A DNA stretch of 56,640 nt. Source: a bacterium (lineage in GTDB: Bacteria > Patescibacteriota > Patescibacteriia > UBA1558 > UBA10009). The position numbers were made by a program, and so were the translations under genes. Shown piece by piece: positions 41,379 through 48,594 of the stretch (within the stretch, counting starts at the first letter, position 1; each line of letters starts with the position of its first letter). The stretch covers positions 890,093-946,732 of the forward strand of contig JABHGM010000001.1 in assembly GCA_018672055.1 (NCBI GenBank). The letters are read 5' to 3'. A model generated the notes under the pieces. The model was not told the origin of the DNA, did not search any database, and saw only the letters and a program-made list of their open reading frames with translations.

Positions 41379-41522
41379 ATAACGTTAATAAAGAACTTTG
41401 AAAATTGAATAAGTAAACAAATAACACATAAAAACAAGGAGAAAGTTATGTGTACCAAGAAAAACAGATATCAATATTTTGTAAGTAATGAAAAAGTAAA
41501 TAAAACCCGAAAAGGAGAAATC

Positions 41523-44500
41523 ATGAAGAACTTAGTTGTTTCTATCATAACAGTAATTATAATTACTGTTTCACTCAGCATCACTTTTGCTAACGAAATG
41601 AATGTATTGCCAACATTCAAAGAACATCGTCATATGTTAAACTCAGATATGGATTCAGTAAGAACAATCATTCACCAGGAAATACATCCATCTGGTTTAA
41701 TTGCTGAATTAGCTATAATATCACTTCGTGATGGTGATGACTATCAAGACTTTGTAGAAACAAGTCTTTATTCACCATTCACAGATAGCTATACTGGACT
41801 CTATCTTGATCAGAGTTATCCAGATGCACCAGAATATGACTATAATGCTCTTGATATTGTACATTACAATAACTGTGAAGAAGCTGATATCTACTGGTGG
41901 GGAGATAATATCTATCATAGTAGCGGATCACAGATTGATGCTGATTATCCCTTGGTAAGTGCCTGGAGAGAAGGCGTTGTCGAAGGAGTAACTTACTACT
42001 TAAAGACGGAAATAAATCTAGATTTTGATTTTCAAGATGAATTTGAGGTTCAATGGCGATTTACACAAACCTATGATGGTGACGTAGTCTACATAATTCC
42101 AGATTCTAGTAATAATCATGATTATGATCAACAAGGCTGGCCGATTTGGGTCGAAACTTGGGATCTCCGACCAAACATCTATCCGCATAATGTTGTTATA
42201 GAAACTAACGGGGACCCTATCAGTGGTGACAACCCTGCTTATGTAGGTCAGAATCTTCGAATCAACGTTGAAATAACTGAGAATGAAGGTTTTTGGGCTG
42301 GAAACGACATAGAAATACGATACTATGTTGATGGAAATTACGATAACAACGACGATGAAACAGAAGAAATAGATGCCTGGGAGACTGATGATGAAAGAAG
42401 TGATAATTTCACTGTTTCAACGGAAGGTACACACTGCATTAGTATTACTATTGACTATTATGATGATGTTAATGAAACAAATGAAAATGATAGCGAAACA
42501 GAACATTGTTTCCAAGTCAACGAAGCTCCAATTCCCCCAACAGTTACAATAGATGACCCAGAATACTATGGTTATAATGACCTAGTATTCGGATGGACTG
42601 TCTATGACGAAAATGGTGGAACTCCACAAAGTCGAGATAGACTCGATAGTGATAGCTGGTCTAACTGGGGTTATCATACTTCAAGAAACTTAATGAATAT
42701 TTCATCTACATCTCACACATTCTATGTTGAAGTTAAAGATCAGACTAATTTGACAGGTTCTGATAATTATTCATTTACAATAGATGCTTCTGTCGATATA
42801 CAGTCAATTCCTAATCAATCAGTGATATATGGAGAAACTCTTGAATTAGATATATCTGCTTCAGGAGGTTCTGGATCGTACGTATATGGTGCAGGCCCTG
42901 GGGTTATAAATTCAAATGGCCATTATTCATGGACACCAGAAATATATAACCCAAACCCAACACCAGTATCAGTGTCAGCAACTTGTACAGATCATGATGA
43001 TAACTCTGATATTGAGAATTTCAATGTTACTATGATCTTGTCTCCAGTTGAAATATCTGGTCTGGAAACAAGCTATACTATCGAAGAAGGAAGTCAATTC
43101 AGTGATTCCGAAATCATAGCAAGTGGTGGTGATCTAGTAAACTACTCATGGAACAATGTACCAACTTTAAACAATGGCTTTTGGGTAACTCTTGGTAGTT
43201 TAGATGGATCTTCAACTTCATTACAAGGACAAGCTCCTTATGTTAATGAAGATACTGATTTTGGTTATGACCTAGCATGTAATTCACAAAGTGAATTGGA
43301 AACTCAAAGCTATATCATCACTGTTACTAATATTGAGATACTAGTTGAACCTGAGATTGAAACTCTTTGGAGTATCATGAATCAAGAAATTGATGAATTC
43401 ACTGTTACAGCTACTGGTCTTGAAGATGGTCAATGTGTTTGGAGTTTACAATACCAGCCTTCCTCAAATAATGGTAACCCATATGCTTATGGATTATCTA
43501 TAAATGCAGAAGACAATAACTGTACAGCTACAATATCTGGCGCTCCAACAGCACTTGTTGACTTACCAATTTACGTCGGTAAGTATGATGCCTGGCAAAT
43601 ACAAGGTGTGACTAATGTTATGATAAATGCTTTTCCTCCTGTTATCTACTACCCACAACCTCCATACACGTTCTTCCAGTATCAAGATGCCCAAATTCAG
43701 CTAAATGCAAGTGGTGGAGATAACATTGAATACACGTGGATAGTTGAAGATGATTGCTTAATGAACCTAGAATCTGCAGAAGGACATGAAGCAATATTCA
43801 GTGTTAACACTGAAACAGTTGGCTCTTTCACATGTAACGTAACTTGTCAGCAAGCTAACTTCCTAGATAATGATCATTCTGAGCAAATTAATATTAATAT
43901 TGAAGGCTCATTCTGGTCTGTTGATACGCTAGAACTCATATTCCCACCTATTCAAGATACTCAAACAGTTACTTTAACTAATACTACAATTAATGGTTCG
44001 CCATTCAACTATACGTTAAGTCTAAGTAGCCCAGCATATTACGAGATCCTTTCTCTATTATCTGGCAGTTTAAGTTCTGGAGAACAAGCTGTAATTGAGA
44101 TAATGAGCTATGATAACAATAATCCATATGAACTATCGGCACAACTCCTAATCAATATCAATGGCGGAGCCTTCACTTCAATTGTTGAACTAACTACTCT
44201 TCAGGAATGCAATCTTGCTCTTGGTGATGTAAATGGAGATGAAACGCTGGATGTTCTGGATATTGTAGCTATCGTTGCTTATGTTCTAGGTACTGCTGAA
44301 ACTGAATTTGATGAGTGTCAAATAGAAGCTGGTGATTACAATAATGATGGCGATATTGATGTTCTGGATATAATTGCTCTGCTCGTTCCAATTATTGGAG
44401 AGACAGCAAGATCAGGTACAGCAACTGAAGCTAAAATTGTTAAATACAATGATGGTATTATCCTAGAAGCTAATGGATATGTTAATGGTATTCAAATGGT

Positions 44501-44969
44501 ACTATCGCACAGTGATGGATTCAATATTCAATTGAGTAATGCTTTCATAGCTGATTATGTAACAGAAGGTACCTTAACTAAAGTTATCATAATAAATCCT
44601 GAAGGAACTCGATTATTCAGTACATCTGAAAAATTCGAGGTTGTCAGCATTCTTGCTGCAACTACTTCCGGATATATTGATGCAGAAGTTGTAGGACCAA
44701 CTGAATTCATATTAAATGCAGCATACCCTAACCCATTCAATCCAACGACTACTGTAAGTTATAATCTACCTGAGATGAGCCAAGTTAAATTAACTGTCTA
44801 TACTCTTAATGGAAAAAAAGTTATGACTATGGTAAATGGAATCGAAAATGCTGGTTACCACGAGGTAACCCTGAACTTTAATGAGTTCAGCACTGCAAGT
44901 GGTGTTTATTTTATGAAGCTAGAAATACCAAGTAATCACTTGGTACAAAAGCTCTTATATATTAAATAA
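41523..44969 (+). CDS. Secreted multidomain surface protein (paralog 1): signal peptide, novel N-domain, CARDB-like, FN3-like, several He_PIG/Ig-like modules, dockerin pair, ~95-aa beta module, T9SS-type C-terminal sorting domain
   Basis: I prefer the start at ATG 41523 (AAAGGAG SD; MKNLVVSIITVIIITVSLSITFA signal), which aligns with the paralog 2 N-terminus. An in-frame ATG at 41448 also has an SD. CARDB-like end ..ITIDYYDDVNETNENDSE. Ig-like ISASGGSGSYVY, ASGGDLVNYSW and ASGGDNIEYTW. Dockerin and CTD are listed separately. Confidence 0.85.
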   Translation: MKNLVVSIITVIIITVSLSITFANEMNVLPTFKEHRHMLNSDMDSVRTIIHQEIHPSGLIAELAIISLRDGDDYQDFVETSLYSPFTDSYTGLYLDQSYPDAPEYDYNALDIVHYNNCEEADIYWWGDNIYHSSGSQIDADYPLVSAWREGVVEGVTYYLKTEINLDFDFQDEFEVQWRFTQTYDGDVVYIIPDSSNNHDYDQQGWPIWVETWDLRPNIYPHNVVIETNGDPISGDNPAYVGQNLRINVEITENEGFWAGNDIEIRYYVDGNYDNNDDETEEIDAWETDDERSDNFTVSTEGTHCISITIDYYDDVNETNENDSETEHCFQVNEAPIPPTVTIDDPEYYGYNDLVFGWTVYDENGGTPQSRDRLDSDSWSNWGYHTSRNLMNISSTSHTFYVEVKDQTNLTGSDNYSFTIDASVDIQSIPNQSVIYGETLELDISASGGSGSYVYGAGPGVINSNGHYSWTPEIYNPNPTPVSVSATCTDHDDNSDIENFNVTMILSPVEISGLETSYTIEEGSQFSDSEIIASGGDLVNYSWNNVPTLNNGFWVTLGSLDGSSTSLQGQAPYVNEDTDFGYDLACNSQSELETQSYIITVTNIEILVEPEIETLWSIMNQEIDEFTVTATGLEDGQCVWSLQYQPSSNNGNPYAYGLSINAEDNNCTATISGAPTALVDLPIYVGKYDAWQIQGVTNVMINAFPPVIYYPQPPYTFFQYQDAQIQLNASGGDNIEYTWIVEDDCLMNLESAEGHEAIFSVNTETVGSFTCNVTCQQANFLDNDHSEQININIEGSFWSVDTLELIFPPIQDTQTVTLTNTTINGSPFNYTLSLSSPAYYEILSLLSGSLSSGEQAVIEIMSYDNNNPYELSAQLLININGGAFTSIVELTTLQECNLALGDVNGDETLDVLDIVAIVAYVLGTAETEFDECQIEAGDYNNDGDIDVLDIIALLVPIIGETARSGTATEAKIVKYNDGIILEANGYVNGIQMVLSHSDGFNIQLSNAFIADYVTEGTLTKVIIINPEGTRLFSTSEKFEVVSILAATTSGYIDAEVVGPTEFILNAAYPNPFNPTTTVSYNLPEMSQVKLTVYTLNGKKVMTMVNGIENAGYHEVTLNFNEFSTASGVYFMKLEIPSNHLVQKLLYIK
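44208..44396 (+). other. Type I dockerin-like duplicated EF-hand calcium-binding segment (paralog 1)
   Basis: CNLALGDVNGDETLDVLDIVAIVAYVLG...EAGDYNNDGDIDVLDIIALL: two D.N.DG..D..D repeats, each followed by a hydrophobic helix. Confidence 0.75.
44709..44966 (+). other. T9SS (Por) type A C-terminal sorting domain
   Basis: ILNAAYPNPFNPTTTVSYNLPEMSQVKLTVYTLNGKKVMTMVNGIENAGYHEVTLNFNEFSTASGVYFMKLEIPSNHLVQKLLYIK matches the YPNPFNP.T.I.Y.LP....V.L.iY...G..V..L.....AG.H.v.......ASGVYF..L........K.l.lK pattern at the extreme C-terminus. Confidence 0.8.
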
Positions 44970-44984
44970 TAAATAAAATAACCG

Positions 44985-45018
44985 AAGGCGTTGATTTTTT
45001 AAATCAACGCCTTTTTTA
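44985..45018 (+). terminator. Rho-independent terminator of paralog 1
   Basis: aaggcgttgattt-ttt-aaatcaacgcctt followed by tttt. Confidence 0.8.
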
Positions 45019-45036
45019 ATAGAATCAAAGCATAAC

Positions 45037-45065
45037 TTTACAAATTAGAAAATATTTGTTATTAT
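45037..45065 (+). promoter_or_regulatory. Candidate promoter of dockerin paralog 2
   Basis: TTTACA (45037-45042), 17 nt, TATTAT (45060-45065). The ~100-nt upstream region is homologous to that of paralog 1, including GAACTTTAAAAATTAATA versus GAACTTTGAAAATTGAATA. Confidence 0.45.
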
Positions 45066-45132
45066 GATATATTAAAAATCGAACTTTAAAAATTAATACA
45101 CTTCACAAAAAACACAAAAAAAGGAATATGCC

Positions 45133-47151
45133 ATGAATAGAATATTCTGCAACCTATTAATAGTTACAATATTTGTTTCTATTACGATCAACCAAGAGAA
45201 AGTATTATCTAATACTAACCTCTTCCCTACAATCAAAGAACACCGTGCTTTTCTTAAAGCAACAGGCAAAGAAAGCATAACTACTATCATCCAAACAACT
45301 GAGTGGGCAGAAGCTGAAGCAACTATTACAGCTAGCTTAACTACAAACCGTGATAATTGGGCAAATACATTTCGTACTACAATGGAACTAACTGGAGGTG
45401 AATGCCCTGAATGTGAAATATACATGAATCAAGGCCACCCAGGAAATCCTGAAGAATATGAAAATGATGCCCTTTATATTAGTGAGACAAACATGAATGA
45501 TTGCGTCATATATGAACGAGGCGAAGAAATCGATCATCGTTTTAATAGTGAAATAAATGCTACATACCCACTGATGGAAGGCTATGAACTTGGAGTTACT
45601 GGTGGTGATTCATACTACATAGAATCAGGTATTATGATCCAAGAAGATTACCAAGATGTATATTGGGTTGAATGGAGATGCGCTTTAATCTTACCTGATG
45701 GTAGTAGCTATATTTCACCTAACGATGACGAAGTAAATGATGATAGTTATGACCAACAAGGATGGCCAGTTGAACAAGGCTATTGGGACCTACGTCCTGA
45801 TTTATGTCCAACGAACGTTCAAATCAAAAGAATCAGCGATGATAGTATTATTGATGTTGATAATCCAGCATATGTTGATGAGCAACTTTATGCTAGTTAC
45901 TGTGTAACTGAGAACGAAGGCTTCTGGGTTGGTGATGTTTATAGTTATTACTATTTAGATGACTTAAATTTCGATAGTGGCACGATATATAATTTATCTG
46001 CCAACAATATCGATTGTGAAAATAGTAATAACTTCACTGTTTCATACACGGGTCAACATTCGCTTAGTATTGATAGTGATCCTAATTATGAAATCAATGA
46101 AACGAATGAAGACAATAATGGAATGACTAGTTACTTCAGTGTTATAGAAGCTCCAATGGCACCAACAGTTACTATCGATGATCCTATACACATAGACTGG
46201 AACACTGTTCTAATCAACTGGACCGGAAATGATATCAACAATGATATACTAGAATTTCGATGGAAAATCGTCAACGGTGGATTTTGGACATTATGGGGAG
46301 ATGATACATCAAGAATCTTACATAATTTATCGCCTGGTAACCATTACTTCTACGTAGAAGCAAGAGATCCAACTAATCTGATAGGTACTGATAATATTAT
46401 CTACACCATTGATTCTCCAATAACCATTACTGCCATACCCGATCAAAGTATTATTTATGAATTAAGTTTAGAATTCGATATCTTTGCTTCAGGTGGTTCG
46501 GGGCTATACAATTACAGTGCCGTCTACGGAAATATTGATTCAAACGGTCATTATAGCTGGATACCTTATAATCCTGTTTCATATAATGAGTTGATTACAG
46601 TCACCTGTTCTGAATTTGAGTCTAATTCAAATTCAGAAGATTTGTTGATTACAGTAATATCGCCTTCGTCTATTGAACCATTGGAGTTATTATTTCCATC
46701 TATTGAAACTACTCTGGAAGTAACCATCACAAACACGACTGTAAACGGTTCATCATTCAACTACGCACTAAGCTTAAGTAACGAGACTTACTATGACATT
46801 CTGTCTGAATTGTCCGGCAACCTAAGCTCTGGAGAACAAGCAATTGTAGAAGTTATGAGTTATGTTAACAATAACCCATATGAACTCTCTGCCTTACTTC
46901 AGATCAGTATAAATAGCGGAATCTTTAATTCCGTTGTAGAGCTTACAACTCAAACAGATTGCAATTTAGCTTCTGGTGATGTTAATGGAGATGAAATCGT
47001 TGATATTCTAGACATTATTACTACTGTATCATTTGTGTTAGAAAATCTTGAACTAGATCCATGTCAGTATGAAGTAGCAGAAATTAATGGTGATGGTCAA
47101 ATTGATATTCTAGACATTATCATGATAATTGATATTGTTATAGAAAATTAA
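45133..47151 (+). CDS. Secreted surface protein (paralog 2): same N-domain, CARDB-like, FN3-like and Ig-like modules, ending directly after the dockerin pair with no sorting domain
   Basis: 672 aa. N-terminal hydrophobic signal MNRIFCNLLIVTIFVSITI. FPTIKEHRAFL aligns with LPTFKEHRHML. DQQGWP..WDLRP, NPAYV, TENEGFW and INETNEDNNG are shared. The C-terminal block is about 70% identical by eye to paralog 1 (LELLFPSIETTLEVTITNTTVNGSSFNYALSLS..SGEQAIVEVMSYVNNNPYELSA..). Confidence 0.85.
   Translation: MNRIFCNLLIVTIFVSITINQEKVLSNTNLFPTIKEHRAFLKATGKESITTIIQTTEWAEAEATITASLTTNRDNWANTFRTTMELTGGECPECEIYMNQGHPGNPEEYENDALYISETNMNDCVIYERGEEIDHRFNSEINATYPLMEGYELGVTGGDSYYIESGIMIQEDYQDVYWVEWRCALILPDGSSYISPNDDEVNDDSYDQQGWPVEQGYWDLRPDLCPTNVQIKRISDDSIIDVDNPAYVDEQLYASYCVTENEGFWVGDVYSYYYLDDLNFDSGTIYNLSANNIDCENSNNFTVSYTGQHSLSIDSDPNYEINETNEDNNGMTSYFSVIEAPMAPTVTIDDPIHIDWNTVLINWTGNDINNDILEFRWKIVNGGFWTLWGDDTSRILHNLSPGNHYFYVEARDPTNLIGTDNIIYTIDSPITITAIPDQSIIYELSLEFDIFASGGSGLYNYSAVYGNIDSNGHYSWIPYNPVSYNELITVTCSEFESNSNSEDLLITVISPSSIEPLELLFPSIETTLEVTITNTTVNGSSFNYALSLSNETYYDILSELSGNLSSGEQAIVEVMSYVNNNPYELSALLQISINSGIFNSVVELTTQTDCNLASGDVNGDEIVDILDIITTVSFVLENLELDPCQYEVAEINGDGQIDILDIIMIIDIVIEN
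46960..47148 (+). other. Type I dockerin-like duplicated segment at the extreme C-terminus of paralog 2
   Basis: CNLASGDVNGDEIVDILDIITTVSFVLENLELDPCQYEVAEINGDGQIDILDIIMIIDIVIEN followed by the stop. Confidence 0.75.
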
Positions 47152-47217
47152 AGATCCAATTAGGCTAGCCAGGATATAAGAAAGTAAAAAAAGTAATGTA
47201 TATCAAATAATGATATT

Positions 47218-47248
47218 AGGCGCTGACACCTTATTCAGCGCCTTTTTT
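47218..47248 (+). terminator. Rho-independent terminator of paralog 2, same sequence family as 44985-45018
   Basis: aggcgctga-caccttat-tcagcgcct followed by ttttt. Both terminators read AGGCG(Y)TGA...TCA(R)CGCCTTTTTTAATA. Confidence 0.8.
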
Positions 47249-47254
47249 AATACA

Positions 47255-47284
47255 AAAAGACCCCTGCATGGAGAGGGATCTTTT
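47255..47284 (-). terminator. Possible minus-strand terminator for the merR/micro-ORF unit
   Basis: Minus strand: aaaagatccct-ctccatgc-aggggtctttt followed by t. The one non-canonical pair is G-U on the minus strand and C-A on the plus strand. A second hairpin, tcatttac/gtaaatga, lies at 47300-47324. Confidence 0.35.
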
Positions 47285-47334
47285 AAAAAAAGGTACAAAT
47301 CATTTACATAATTTAAGTAAATGAGGGTATTAAA

Positions 47335-47472
47335 TTAAAATAATAATGCTTTCAAAGATTTCAAAAAACTTTTCTTTTCTTCGTGCTTATACCTAGGCCA
47401 ACCAACAACTATTGTACGTTGATCCTGAAGTCGTGCCTTATATAATTTCTTATGTTCTTTCTTTTTTATCAT
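47335..47472 (-). CDS. Possible 45-aa basic micro-protein downstream of merR (below the ORF-track cutoff)
   Basis: Own translation: MIKKKEHKKLYKARLQDQRTIVVGWPRYKHEEKKSFLKSLKALLF, stop TAA. It starts 50 nt after the merR stop and is followed by hairpins. The SD is weak (GAGTGG). No family recognised. Confidence 0.3.
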   Translation of the reverse strand: MIKKKEHKKLYKARLQDQRTIVVGWPRYKHEEKKSFLKSLKALLF

Positions 47473-47522
47473 AGCCACTCTAAATATGTAATTATAAAGT
47501 TAATTAACTGGATTATCATATA

Positions 47523-47753
47523 CTATCTCTTAATAACTTTTTTAATCTCATCTATTCTTAACCTTTTCTTATCTTTTAAAAATTGTATTCTCTTGATCTG
47601 CTTAATTGCCTTAACCTTCTTATATAATCTATAGCCTCCTTGAGATCTGCCATCTGATTTTAATAAGCCTTCATTAGTATAATAATTTATTGTAGAAGGT
47701 AAAACTCCAACAATTTGCGCTAATTGACCTATTTTTAATAAATCATTTTTCAT
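47523..47753 (-). CDS. Small MerR-family helix-turn-helix transcriptional regulator
   Basis: 76 aa. LKIGQLAQIVGVLPSTINYYTNEGLL...GGYRLY fits the MerR N-terminal HTH pattern (iGelA...gvs..tlRyYe..GLl.p.R...gyR.Y). There is no effector domain. Confidence 0.7.
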   Translation of the reverse strand: MKNDLLKIGQLAQIVGVLPSTINYYTNEGLLKSDGRSQGGYRLYKKVKAIKQIKRIQFLKDKKRLRIDEIKKVIKR

Positions 47754-47842
47754 TTTTGTTTTTATTTTTCGCTTTTTTTAGCCAAATTCTATTTGAATGT
47801 AAACTTATCCACATTCCCCTGTCTCTATATATATGATAACAC

Positions 47843-47887
47843 ATAAACCATAAAGTGTAAAGTACTACTTCCTACTTCATGGTTTAT
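47843..47887. promoter_or_regulatory. Inverted repeat ATAAACCAT-N27-ATGGTTTAT in the merR upstream region
   Basis: The arms lie at 47843-47851 and 47879-47887. On the minus strand one arm sits inside a TTTACA-17-TATCAT promoter-like spacer. Possible operator or hairpin. Confidence 0.25.
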
Positions 47888-47900
47888 ATTTAAGATAACT

Positions 47901-47928
47901 AAAAACTCCGGAGTTATCCGGAGTTTTT
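47901..47928. terminator. Bidirectional terminator after the 173-aa membrane protein gene
   Basis: aaaaactccgga-gtta-tccggagttttt, a perfect 12-bp stem that includes the A and T runs. Confidence 0.75.
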
Positions 47929-47946
47929 ATCTTAAACTTTTATTTC

Positions 47947-48468
47947 TTATTCAACTGGTGCTTCTAAATAATCTTTAATTGCACTTACTACACTTGAATC
48001 TGCTTTTAACTCTTCTGTAAATAATACGTGATCCATGTTAATCTGCATTTTATCTTTAGGACCATGTAATTCATTGCCAAGTTTTACTAAAGATAGATTC
48101 TGTTGTGCCTCTTGTGGCTGTTGTCCTTCTGGTGCTGGTTGAATCTGTTGAGTAACTTGTAAATAGTATATTTCTTCTAAAACTAACTTATCATTACTTT
48201 GATTTACTATCTGTCCAAAATAGACTTGTCCGTTAGAAAGAAATACTGCTTGCCAACCAGTTGTTTTAACTGTAGCTGTTTTATTTACATTTAAAACATT
48301 CCAGTCAGTATATTTGGAAACTAAGTATAATCCGATCAATATTACCACTATTACGATAATAATGACTAAAATTTTAGTTCCCCAACCCCCTTTTTTCTTT
48401 GTAGTAGGTTGATCAATTGTATCAACCTCGTCTACCATTCCCATGATAGGTTTCTTAATGTCTGACAT
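47947..48468 (-). CDS. Single-pass membrane protein with a conserved-looking extracytoplasmic domain, function unknown
   Basis: 173 aa. TM segment ILVIIIVIVVILIGLYLV, then GWQAVFLSNGQVYFGQI..LVLEEIYYLQ..LVKLGNELHGPKDKMQINMDHVLFTEELK. Confidence 0.6.
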   Translation of the reverse strand: MSDIKKPIMGMVDEVDTIDQPTTKKKGGWGTKILVIIIVIVVILIGLYLVSKYTDWNVLNVNKTATVKTTGWQAVFLSNGQVYFGQIVNQSNDKLVLEEIYYLQVTQQIQPAPEGQQPQEAQQNLSLVKLGNELHGPKDKMQINMDHVLFTEELKADSSVVSAIKDYLEAPVE

Positions 48469-48594
48469 AAATTTACTTAATTTAAGTTGTTAAAAATATC
48501 TATTAGCCTGATTATTTTAACATATTTCGACCTTTTTGCAAGTGGATAAATCCACCTTTAATATATATAAATTATTAGCTAATGTTAGCATAGT

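Noticed and set aside
41361-41380. AT-only palindrome tatatatta-gt-taatatata after the RHS stop as a terminator
   Set aside because: It is pure A/T, has a 2-nt loop and no U-tract, and overlaps the predicted promoter spacer of the next gene. It may be an operator, but the evidence is too weak to call.
41448-41522. Upstream in-frame start of paralog 1 (MCTKKNRYQYFVSNEKVNKTRKGEI...)
   Set aside because: Not fully excluded, because it has its own AAGGAG. However, the signal peptide and the alignment with paralog 2 begin at M26 (41523), which also has a strong SD. I annotate 41523 and flag 41448 as an alternative.
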